Shown: positions 10,328 through 18,529, counted from the first letter of the stretch. The stretch: DNA of 64,000 nucleotides from Clostridia bacterium (GCA_017625615.1 JAGAKP010000018.1:2454-66453), one strand, 5' to 3'. Numbers and translations: made by a program. Notes: a model not told the origin generated them from the sequence alone.

Positions 10328-10370
10328 CCATCGAGTTTAAACTTATAGAAGTAGACTCGATGGCGTTTTT
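10328..10370 (+). terminator. probable intrinsic terminator after the ROK-kinase gene
   Basis: CCATCGAGT ... ACTCGATGG 9-bp stem (the loop is long, about 18 nt) followed by CGTTTTTACTTTT. Confidence 0.55.
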
Positions 10371-10386
10371 ACTTTTACGGTGTATA

Positions 10387-10415
10387 TTGACAAAAATCAA
10401 CTTTTCTGGTAAACT
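10387..10415 (+). promoter_or_regulatory. sigma-A type promoter of the four-gene AT-rich operon
   Basis: TTGACA, a 17-nt spacer ending in TGG (extended -10), then TAAACT; 45 nt upstream of the first ATG. Confidence 0.5.
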
Positions 10416-10459
10416 TTTTTGTGAAGAATTATTAAGATTTATGATGTGAGGGCGTTACA

Positions 10460-11437
10460 ATGAATTTTGCAATGGTCGGATACGGATATTGGGGACGTAT
10501 ACTGTTAAAAGCGTTTAATGACAGCAACAAACATCGAGTGACTCATTTAGCTGATCGTAATATAGATAAACTACTGCAAGCTAAAAGCATTTATCCCGAT
10601 ATTGCTATTTTCACGAATATTGACGATATCGCATTCAACGGTGACGTTGATGCTGTAATAATATCGCTACCTGCAATTTATCACTTTAATTATGCAAAAC
10701 TTTGTTTAGAAAATGGTAAACATGTTCTTATAGAAAAACCAATGACATTAACCTACAACGAAGCTTATGAGTTGAATGAATTGGCTCAAAACCTAAATTT
10801 AGTGTTAATGGTCAATCATCACTTTATTTATAAAGATGCTATACGAAGTGTAAAGCAACATATACCGTCAAGTGTCGGAAAACTACAGTATTTCGATTCC
10901 ACGCGGACAAATTTAGGCATTTTCAGAACCGATGTGGACGTTGTTTTGGATTTGGCGCCTCACGACATTTCCATTTTGCTTTATCTTGCGGAAAAACTTC
11001 CTGAATCAGTTAGCGCAATTGCTAAAGCCAATGTTGTTCCGAACAGAAATGATATCGCTTATATAACATTGTATTTTGATGATTTTATGGCACACATTAA
11101 TGTTTCGTGGATATCTGCATTTAAAAATAGAACAATAATCTTTGGGTGTGAAAACGGTACTATTTGCTTTGATGATAATAAAAGTACGGAGAAGCTAACG
11201 ATTTCTCCTGTTAGATATGTTCGGAATAACGGAAAAATTGAGTGCATTAAAAACGAAGCTTTGATAACTGAAAATGATACAAGTAACGCTTTAATAAACG
11301 TTATCGATGAATTCGCAAGTGCGATTGAAACGGGGAGGCAACCCATATCTAACGGAGAATTTGGTATGGCTGTCGCTTTAATAATCGATGCAATACAAGC
11401 GTCTATAGCCAAAGATGGAATTATTATAAAACTTTGA
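10460..11437 (+). CDS. Gfo/Idh/MocA-family NAD(P)-dependent oxidoreductase
   Basis: N-terminal Rossmann MVGYGYWG, LIEKPMT (EKP motif) and DLAPHDISIL (D..H); 325 aa, a typical length for sugar or NDP-sugar dehydrogenases of this family. Confidence 0.85.
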   Translation: MNFAMVGYGYWGRILLKAFNDSNKHRVTHLADRNIDKLLQAKSIYPDIAIFTNIDDIAFNGDVDAVIISLPAIYHFNYAKLCLENGKHVLIEKPMTLTYNEAYELNELAQNLNLVLMVNHHFIYKDAIRSVKQHIPSSVGKLQYFDSTRTNLGIFRTDVDVVLDLAPHDISILLYLAEKLPESVSAIAKANVVPNRNDIAYITLYFDDFMAHINVSWISAFKNRTIIFGCENGTICFDDNKSTEKLTISPVRYVRNNGKIECIKNEALITENDTSNALINVIDEFASAIETGRQPISNGEFGMAVALIIDAIQASIAKDGIIIKL

Positions 11438-11449
11438 GGTATTTATGTT

Positions 11450-12796
11450 ATGATATGGTTGATTGACTATAACCATTATAAAAAGGAAATTGATAGCCGA
11501 CTCAACAAGTGTAAACAAGACTATTTTATAGTTAAGAGTTATAAACGCTTTAATATTATTGGCGAAACCGCACCTGTAAAAACCAAAACTTTTTCGAACG
11601 GTCTATTGCGGCTTGCAACCATTTTAGATGCCAACGGAATTTGCGTCAGATATATGCATTACAATATGCTTGAATTTGCGTTAAACAACGGAGAACCACT
11701 TCCGGAAACTATAGCATTTTCTGCCGTTTGCCCAACCGTACCGTTGTGTGCGGCTTTAGCGCAACGAATTAAGGCGGTCTCTCCAAAAACGAAAGTAATG
11801 ATTGGAGGTGCACATATCAACGTAGCGGCGAAAGAAACAGCAAATCGTTACCCGATTTTCGATAAGTTGGTTATAGGATACGAAATGGATGCCGCACAGC
11901 AGTTGACAGATAAAAAGTTGACTGTATGCCCAAAGCCATACGTCAACTATTCTTTGTTGCCTTTTTCGCTCGCAGATTATGCGATCAATACGTTCACTAC
12001 TATGGGATGCCCCTTTTCTTGTAATTATTGTGTGGATGGACGTGCGCCGCATTTCTTTTCAAGTGAAAACGGTCAATTAGATGAAATGGTCAAGTTGTTA
12101 CCGTTAAGAACACTGGTCCATTTTTTTGATAGCGTGCTGGGTTATTCTCGGGATGGTTTAAAAAATGTTTGTAAACAAATAGAAGCCACCAAACATAATT
12201 TCGTATTAAGTTGTGATATGAGAGCCGACATGATCGACTTAGATGCCATTTACGCTTTGGAGAGTGCGGGCTTTGTCGAAATTCGTTTGGGTATGGAGAG
12301 TAGCGATTCCGATTTGCTTAAGAAAAATGGTAGAACCCTAATGTATCGCAAACTGATGGAAAAATTAGAATTATTATACTCAAAATCAAAGCTTTATGTT
12401 ACGCTATATACCATCACTGGATTGCCTGGAACCACATGGGAAATTCAAGAAAATACCCTTAAGGAATGTGATTATTTATTATCGAGCGGTCTTGTGGACG
12501 AGATTAAAAATTCTTTGTATGTTCCATACCCTATGGAGGGTGTAGATTATAGTACGCGCGGCGTAACCATTTTGAATGACAATTGGGAAGACTATGACCG
12601 ACAAAGTTATCCGGTTTATCGCACTGTCGAGTTGAGTTCTGCTGAGTTGTGGGAGATGTATATTAAAACAGCGGAAAGCATCAACACCAGCTGGCTGAAA
12701 AGCATTGGCTTTTCCGATTTTTCGGAAGTTCCATACAATCCAACCTATTATTCGGAATATATAATTCCAAACTATTTGAAAGATGAGGGAGAATAA
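11450..12796 (+). CDS. radical SAM enzyme with N-terminal B12-binding-type (Rossmann-like) domain
   Basis: CPFSCNYC CxxxCxxC cluster motif and LGMESSDSDLL. The N-terminal IAFSAVCPT...VMIGGAHI segment resembles the cobalamin-binding-like domain of class B / COG1032 radical SAM proteins. A GAGGT RBS lies 12 nt after the upstream stop. Confidence 0.85.
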   Translation: MIWLIDYNHYKKEIDSRLNKCKQDYFIVKSYKRFNIIGETAPVKTKTFSNGLLRLATILDANGICVRYMHYNMLEFALNNGEPLPETIAFSAVCPTVPLCAALAQRIKAVSPKTKVMIGGAHINVAAKETANRYPIFDKLVIGYEMDAAQQLTDKKLTVCPKPYVNYSLLPFSLADYAINTFTTMGCPFSCNYCVDGRAPHFFSSENGQLDEMVKLLPLRTLVHFFDSVLGYSRDGLKNVCKQIEATKHNFVLSCDMRADMIDLDAIYALESAGFVEIRLGMESSDSDLLKKNGRTLMYRKLMEKLELLYSKSKLYVTLYTITGLPGTTWEIQENTLKECDYLLSSGLVDEIKNSLYVPYPMEGVDYSTRGVTILNDNWEDYDRQSYPVYRTVELSSAELWEMYIKTAESINTSWLKSIGFSDFSEVPYNPTYYSEYIIPNYLKDEGE

Positions 12797-12797
12797 T

Positions 12798-14717
12798 ATG
12801 GCTTATGATACTTTTATTTGCTACAGAGGACAGAAAGTTGATGATGGAATCAGCGAGAAGATTGGCAGACGAATATACGAGCTAATAAAAAACGATGAGG
12901 ACTTCGGCGAGGTATTTTTTGCGCCCGAGTTGAAGAATAACTATAACTTTATCGAAGATACAAAAACTATTATGCCTAACTTAAAAAGAATGATAGTCGT
13001 TCTCTGTCCTGACTTTTTTGACGGAATAAACAAATCGGATACGCTTACCGATGCATCCCCGATATACCACGAGTTTTTCCAAGCGTTCAAAAATGAAAAA
13101 TGTGTTTTTATACCTGTGTTTGTTTATGGTTTCACTTGGAAAGATGACATTTTAGTTACATTAAAAAGGTATTTTTCAGAAAATGATCTTAATCGTATTG
13201 TTCACATGAGTGGTTTAAGATTGGCGGGCAACGAGTTTAAAGAAACCGACGTGAAATATTTAATGTCTGTGTGTGAAGGCGGTGATACTATTTCGCGAAA
13301 CGTTATAGATATGTGTATTGATGACCTCAAAGCTTGTAGTACCACTGTGGGGGATGCTATTGTCCCGTTAGATAAAAATACGTTAGAAACCGATTATTAT
13401 TCATATCTATATTACTGCGATCGCGAAAACACGCGATTCTTCCCAAAACTATTTTTGGATACGCTCAATGTCTGTATAAAAAATTTTAGTATTGTTGACA
13501 GCGATTTCGTTTATTGGCCTATTGACTTGGTTGAACGAGAATACGCTGACAAGGACATTAGTATATGTTCGATTTGCTTCGGAATAATGATTTTGAATAA
13601 TTGGCTAAATAAAGATATTCAATATACAAACTGCGCTGTGGATACTGCAACAGAACGTGCGTTTCAATCTGCAATTAATGGTGCTATGAATTTACTGATT
13701 TCATTGCGTTCTCCGAAATGTTATTCTTGGCCATCTATTTGGGAATTTGATAAGAAGAGCGTTGAAGGCACTATCAACCAAACAACACTTAGCTTATCTA
13801 CCCTTTTGAGTGGTGGCTTTTTATCTTTCCCTTCAAATCTTGAAGAAGACATACGAAAAGATGTTTTTTTAAAAAGATATAATTTCATCGCTCAAAGTGC
13901 TGACTGGCTGATACGGTCGAGTAACTATAGTACTTTTCTAGACAAAAGGTCTTGGGGATATATGGCGACTAATAAAACATCGGCAATACTTCCTACTGCA
14001 TTTGCGTTTGATACTTTACTCAAATTCAAAAAATGCTTAGAGGTTGCTCTTCCTGAATTTGACAATGATTGCAAGCAAAATGAGTTAAGACTGTATATGG
14101 ACAAACTACAAGTAATACTTTCTTCTACTATTAATTATTTTAAACATACCCAAAATAGTTCTGACGGTTATTTTATGAGTCCAACTGGCGAACCTTCAAT
14201 TACTCATACGTCGAAGGTTTTGAAATCGTTAGTAACATACGCAAGAAATTCAGAGCCCAATGAAATGGTAGACGAAATGATAGGAAAAGCTTTTTGTTTT
14301 TTGATTAATAAAGATTCTGCTGCTGTTATGAATTTGCCCAAAAATGAAATGTTTGAGCGCTTTCAATACACCGAAAAAAATTCTGTTAACTTATGTGGCG
14401 AAACTGAACTGGATAAGAATGATGGAGAGGACTATGAAAATTGTGGCGAGTTATTGTATTTGGATGCTTTGCTTAATGCTCATGGGTATTATAAGACTGT
14501 AGGAAATTCCCCGAGTCTCGGATTCGAAAATAAGGTTTGTGAGATTTGGAAACTGATTCGAGAAAGAAACGTAAAGCGAACTCCCGACAATTGGTTAATA
14601 TATGCTGGGAAACGTTCAGCCTATCCCAAATATCCGATATATTCTCTGTATTATTATAGGATGGTTTGTTCGGATATAATAGAATACAATGCATGGAGTA
14701 ATAGAGAAAATGTTTGA
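12798..14717 (+). CDS. TIR-domain protein fused to a large alpha/alpha-toroid-like (prenyltransferase/terpene-cyclase-repeat-like) C-terminal domain
   Basis: The N-terminus YDTFICYRGQ...MIVVLCPDFF...IYHEFF follows the TIR beta-A/beta-C/Glu layout. The C-terminal about 480 aa shows repeats such as RSWGYMATNKTSAILPTAFAFDTLL and SSDGYFMSPTGEPSITHTSKVLKSLV, which resemble the prenyltransferase/squalene-cyclase repeat. The ATG at 12798 follows a GAGGGAG RBS, 1 nt after the upstream stop. Confidence 0.78.
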   Translation: MAYDTFICYRGQKVDDGISEKIGRRIYELIKNDEDFGEVFFAPELKNNYNFIEDTKTIMPNLKRMIVVLCPDFFDGINKSDTLTDASPIYHEFFQAFKNEKCVFIPVFVYGFTWKDDILVTLKRYFSENDLNRIVHMSGLRLAGNEFKETDVKYLMSVCEGGDTISRNVIDMCIDDLKACSTTVGDAIVPLDKNTLETDYYSYLYYCDRENTRFFPKLFLDTLNVCIKNFSIVDSDFVYWPIDLVEREYADKDISICSICFGIMILNNWLNKDIQYTNCAVDTATERAFQSAINGAMNLLISLRSPKCYSWPSIWEFDKKSVEGTINQTTLSLSTLLSGGFLSFPSNLEEDIRKDVFLKRYNFIAQSADWLIRSSNYSTFLDKRSWGYMATNKTSAILPTAFAFDTLLKFKKCLEVALPEFDNDCKQNELRLYMDKLQVILSSTINYFKHTQNSSDGYFMSPTGEPSITHTSKVLKSLVTYARNSEPNEMVDEMIGKAFCFLINKDSAAVMNLPKNEMFERFQYTEKNSVNLCGETELDKNDGEDYENCGELLYLDALLNAHGYYKTVGNSPSLGFENKVCEIWKLIRERNVKRTPDNWLIYAGKRSAYPKYPIYSLYYYRMVCSDIIEYNAWSNRENV

Positions 14718-15453
14718 TAACGAACTGAAAATCGGCAGCTGGAATGTCGGATCAATGCTTTCTGATATAGAGAGAAACTTGCATTTTGTTAAGGAAACTA
14801 TCAAAGAGCATAATCCTGATGTTATTTGCTTTCAAGAGTTCCCCGATATAAAGGAGATTCGAGAGGAGATTTTAAATTCAGTAGGATACGGCAGCAGCGT
14901 GTTTAAAGTCATGTCCGAGAGTCATGTTGCACCCGGTTTGAATGTGGGGTTGTTCGTTTGTTCAAAGTATGAATTGACCTCAAGTATTATTCACAAACTT
15001 CTCAAACCCATAACCAGAGTTTATTATAATGGCAACGAGGAATTTTGGCACGATAAATTCTTTTTAAAAACCGGTATCAGTTTAAACGGAATGCAAGTAG
15101 CTATTGTCACAGGACATAGCTTCCCGTTTTATAGATATAAACTGGATGAAAAAGAATACGATTGGGTTTTCAATAGTATTGAAGATTGGATTATTGATTG
15201 TTGCAACGAAAGTACGTTTATAGTTGCTGCGGACTTTAATAGTGGAAATCCTATGGATTATATGTCGAGGATATCACAGCATAATGTCGACGCTTTCTAC
15301 GGACAGGCGACTCGTCCCAGCGGTAGGAAAACAGATGCTATTATCATCCCAAATGGTTTTATCATTAAAAGCAAAATCAATGAAACTATTGAAAGTAAAA
15401 ATGCAGCCGGTAGATTTGATCATAATTTTCTTATGCTTCATTTAGCGCTATAA
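14689..15453 (+). CDS. endonuclease/exonuclease/phosphatase (EEP) family protein
   Basis: IGSWNVGS, ICFQEFP, VTGHSFP, AADFNSGN and RFDHNFL form the N / E / H / D-N / D-H catalytic set of the DNase I/AP-endonuclease/phosphatase fold. The start is either 14689 or 14710; both overlap the TIR gene stop. Confidence 0.8.
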   Translation: MHGVIEKMFDNELKIGSWNVGSMLSDIERNLHFVKETIKEHNPDVICFQEFPDIKEIREEILNSVGYGSSVFKVMSESHVAPGLNVGLFVCSKYELTSSIIHKLLKPITRVYYNGNEEFWHDKFFLKTGISLNGMQVAIVTGHSFPFYRYKLDEKEYDWVFNSIEDWIIDCCNESTFIVAADFNSGNPMDYMSRISQHNVDAFYGQATRPSGRKTDAIIIPNGFIIKSKINETIESKNAAGRFDHNFLMLHLAL

Positions 15454-15574
15454 AGTGATTTTACATTTATTGTGGTTTTCAGCTAAAAGCGTCAAACTAA
15501 TTTGATTGCATTTTATAGTTGAAAGTATTTACCGTGTTTTATTGTGTTTTCATAAAAATAATGGGGGTTTTACT

Positions 15575-17608
15575 ATGAAAAAGAAAATTGCTTTTATTCT
15601 TGCATCCGTTTTATTAGGTACTACCTTGTGCGCTTTCCCCGTATCGGCTGAAAGCTACGACGTGGATTTCACCTGCAATATAACCGGTTACGACCAGAAG
15701 ACCTCGTCGGGATGTGTTGTCGTATATCCCAACAACACCGATTCTACCCGCGTTATCGGTTCCAGCGAGTATGCGTTCCGTTATGCAAAGCTTCTTATAT
15801 TCGATAAAAACGGCACTCTTATCGAGGCGGGCGGAGATCTGCTTGCCAACGAAAACGGCGTATACGGCTCTCCCCAGCTTACCGTAAAGATCCCCGCAGG
15901 CGGATTTATGGTAGCATATACCTCCGGAGCACCCTCGGGACTTTCCCAGTGCTACACCACCGCGATGGAAGGCGCAATGCTGTATAACGCCACCATGTCC
16001 GTTATTTATCCCGTTCACGGCGAATACAATAAGTCTACCAACAAGCTCCGCATAGCTTACGATAATCCCGTTGCTCCCTCCAAGGATGCAATAAAGTTCC
16101 TTTTCGTTGGTAACAGTACCACTTATTTCAACGGTATTCCCATAAAGTTCAAGGGACTCTGCCAAGCCGCAGGCGTTGAGGTGGTAGTCGATTACTGTAC
16201 CGACGGCAGCGCATTCCTTCAGGAATTTGCAGATCCTTCCCATACCCGCGGAAAGAAGTTCCGCAGTATGCTTAACGCAAAGAAATACGATTACGTGGTT
16301 CTGCAGGATGCCGCAGGCGCCGCATATAACAAAATGGAAGAATCCGTCGGCATAATGCTTCCTCTTATCGAAGCGAACGGCGCCACCGCCCTTCTTTATA
16401 TGCGCTATTCCAACGATCTTGACGCCTCCACCCGCGTAAATTCCTTCTATAAGCATTACCGCAATTACTCCCGCCTTGCCGATAAGTACGATCTTGAATA
16501 TTCTCCCGTTGCAAGCGCGTTCCTTAAGTGCATAGAAACCGCCCCCTCCATCAACCTTTTTGCAGATGACGGCGGACATCACTCCTGGGAAGGCAGTTAT
16601 CTTGCCGCTTGTACCTGGCTGTATTCCTATCTCGGCATCGACCCACGCGGAAACGCATATACCGCAAACCTTCCTTCCTCCACAGCAACCACACTGCAGA
16701 ATATAGCTTACGATATTGCAAAGAACGGATATCCTTATCCCGAGGAAGGCAGTGCAAACAAGGTTATTGACGGGGTTAAGTACGATAACCTCTCTCTTAA
16801 AAAGCCATATACCTCCGATGGCGCCACATATTCCGGAGATTGGACCGATACGGGCGCAGACGGCAAGCCCTTGGGCAAGTTTACCGATGGCTACGGCACT
16901 CTTACCGCCGCGGGCAGCGTCGGTGAATGCGGATGCTACAAGGGACAAAACGTAAATATAACCATCGACCTCGGCAAGGTCACCTCCGTAAAACAGGTCA
17001 CCACCGACCTTTTCGGTAACAGCGACTGGGGTATTCCTTCTCCTGCAGATGCAGGCGTAAAGGTATCCTTCTCCAATGACGGAAAGAATTTTGCCGAAGC
17101 GAAGGCACTCACAGGCGGAAGCGTTTCCAAGTCCGATTCTTGGGAAAAGCGTGATTTCACCGTCACCTTCTCCGAAATGCAGGAAGCAAGATACGTTCGC
17201 GTCGAGTATACCATTACAGGTAAATTCCTCTGGGTAAGTGAAATAAGCGTTTTCGGTAAGGATGCAAGCACCGTTTCTCCCGACGTTTCCGAACCCGATA
17301 CCGACGTATCCGTTCCCGAGGAATCGAAAGAGGATACCTCCGTGCCCGAAGAATCCGTACCTGAGGAGTCCGTACCCGAGGAAAGCGTTGCTCCCAACGA
17401 AAGCATTGCTCCCAACGAAAGCGTTGCTCCCAACGAGAGCGCGTCCGACGATGAAAGCACGCCCGCCGACGTATCCGAAAAGAGCGAGGCCGCTTCTGCC
17501 GATACCGATAAAAAGGGCGGCAGCACCGGCTGGATAATCGCCGCAGTAGGCGCCGTTGTTGCAGTAGCCGCAGTGGCAGCAGTGGTTATTTTCAGGAAAA
17601 AGAAATAG
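15575..17608 (+). CDS. secreted, membrane-anchored surface protein (SGNH-like domain + discoidin/F5-8 type C-like domain + acidic Pro/Glu/Ser repeats)
   Basis: Signal peptide MKKKIAFILASVLLGTTLCAFPVSA after a GGGGG RBS. It carries an FVGNSTTYFNG SGNH-like motif, a YVRVEY...WVSEISVFG carbohydrate-binding-module-like segment, VPEES/VAPNES repeats, and a C-terminal TM helix followed by RKKK. Confidence 0.72.
   Translation: MKKKIAFILASVLLGTTLCAFPVSAESYDVDFTCNITGYDQKTSSGCVVVYPNNTDSTRVIGSSEYAFRYAKLLIFDKNGTLIEAGGDLLANENGVYGSPQLTVKIPAGGFMVAYTSGAPSGLSQCYTTAMEGAMLYNATMSVIYPVHGEYNKSTNKLRIAYDNPVAPSKDAIKFLFVGNSTTYFNGIPIKFKGLCQAAGVEVVVDYCTDGSAFLQEFADPSHTRGKKFRSMLNAKKYDYVVLQDAAGAAYNKMEESVGIMLPLIEANGATALLYMRYSNDLDASTRVNSFYKHYRNYSRLADKYDLEYSPVASAFLKCIETAPSINLFADDGGHHSWEGSYLAACTWLYSYLGIDPRGNAYTANLPSSTATTLQNIAYDIAKNGYPYPEEGSANKVIDGVKYDNLSLKKPYTSDGATYSGDWTDTGADGKPLGKFTDGYGTLTAAGSVGECGCYKGQNVNITIDLGKVTSVKQVTTDLFGNSDWGIPSPADAGVKVSFSNDGKNFAEAKALTGGSVSKSDSWEKRDFTVTFSEMQEARYVRVEYTITGKFLWVSEISVFGKDASTVSPDVSEPDTDVSVPEESKEDTSVPEESVPEESVPEESVAPNESIAPNESVAPNESASDDESTPADVSEKSEAASADTDKKGGSTGWIIAAVGAVVAVAAVAAVVIFRKKK
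17314..17440 (+). repeat. in-frame tandem repeats inside the surface-protein gene
   Basis: 15-nt units encoding VPEES (x3-4) followed by three 18-nt units GAAAGC(G/A)TTGCTCCCAAC encoding ES(V/I)APN. Confidence 0.7.
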
Positions 17609-17747
17609 TTTTTTAGTCAATATATCCGTCCCGTATACAAAACGGGGCGGATTTTTTATATAAATATGAAATTTACTGTTGGCAAAACCGAATTTATGTG
17701 TTATAATTATTTGGAATAGGTATATTTACCGAAAAGAGGTATCTTTT

Positions 17748-18521
17748 ATGCGTGACGAAAACGTCCGTGTTAACGGAAACGACGGTATCTTCTGGGGCAG
17801 AAATTCAGTGCTTGAGCTTCTCGCCTCCGGAAGAGATATAGATAAAATATATGTACAAAAAGGCGCAGTCGAGGGAAGTATAAAGGTCATCGTCGGCAAA
17901 GCAAATGCAAGACGTATCCCCGTTGTGGAGATCGACCGTGCCCGTCTCGATAATATTTCGGGCGGCGCGGTACACCAAGGTGTTGCCGCTTCCGTGCCCG
18001 AAACGGTGTACGCCACCGTTGACGATCTTTTCGGCGTTGCCGAAAGAAAAGGCGAAAAGCCCTTCTTCGTCATCTGCGATTGCATAAACGATCCTCATAA
18101 TTTGGGTGCGATAATCCGTACCGCAGAGTGCGCAGGCGCTCACGGAGTTATAATTCCCAAGCACCGCTCGGTGTCGCTCACCTCAACGGTTGCCAAATCC
18201 TCGGCAGGCGCCCTATTCCGCGTAGCCGTTGCCCGCGTGGCAAATATAGCCTCCACGGTGGCGGAGCTTCAGAGCAGGGGAGTGTGGGTATACGCCCTTG
18301 AGGCAAACGGAAAGCCTTATTTCGGCGAAAGATTTGATGACAGCGGAATAGCCTTCGTCCTCGGCAGCGAGGGTGAGGGAGAAACCCGAATAGAAAAAGA
18401 AAAAAGCGATTTCGTCCTTTCCATACCTATGTACGGAGAGCTGAATTCGCTTAACGTATCCAATGCGGCGGCAATAATGCTGTTTGAGGCGGCGCGCCAG
18501 CGCCATGGAAAGGGGGAATAA
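17748..18521 (+). CDS. rlmB: 23S rRNA (guanosine-2'-O)-methyltransferase RlmB (SpoU/TrmH family)
   Basis: SpoU motifs NLGAIIRTAECAG, VLGSEGEG and IPMYGELNSLNVSNAAAI. The ATG at 17748 follows an AAGAGGT RBS. Confidence 0.85.
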   Translation: MRDENVRVNGNDGIFWGRNSVLELLASGRDIDKIYVQKGAVEGSIKVIVGKANARRIPVVEIDRARLDNISGGAVHQGVAASVPETVYATVDDLFGVAERKGEKPFFVICDCINDPHNLGAIIRTAECAGAHGVIIPKHRSVSLTSTVAKSSAGALFRVAVARVANIASTVAELQSRGVWVYALEANGKPYFGERFDDSGIAFVLGSEGEGETRIEKEKSDFVLSIPMYGELNSLNVSNAAAIMLFEAARQRHGKGE

Positions 18522-18529
18522 AGCAGACG

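Noticed and set aside
8913-10400. 495-aa minus-strand ORF fully antisense to the ROK-kinase gene. A similar case is 7715-8548, antisense to nagA.
   Set aside because: The sense-strand proteins have clear family motifs. The antisense translations are low-complexity (Val/Ala/Gly/Asn-rich) with no RBS. The strong NNC/NNT codon bias of the sense genes removes stops from the antisense frame.
17314-17440. Short tandem repeats checked as a possible CRISPR or minisatellite.
   Set aside because: The units are 15-18 nt, contiguous, in frame and encode VPEES/VAPNES. They form a coding low-complexity linker, not a repeat-spacer array. No CRISPR-like array was seen anywhere in the window.
15614-17620. 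668-aa minus-strand ORF antisense to the surface-protein gene.
   Set aside because: Same artefact. The sense ORF has a signal peptide, recognisable domains and a membrane anchor, while the antisense product is Gly/Cys/Ala-rich with no motifs.
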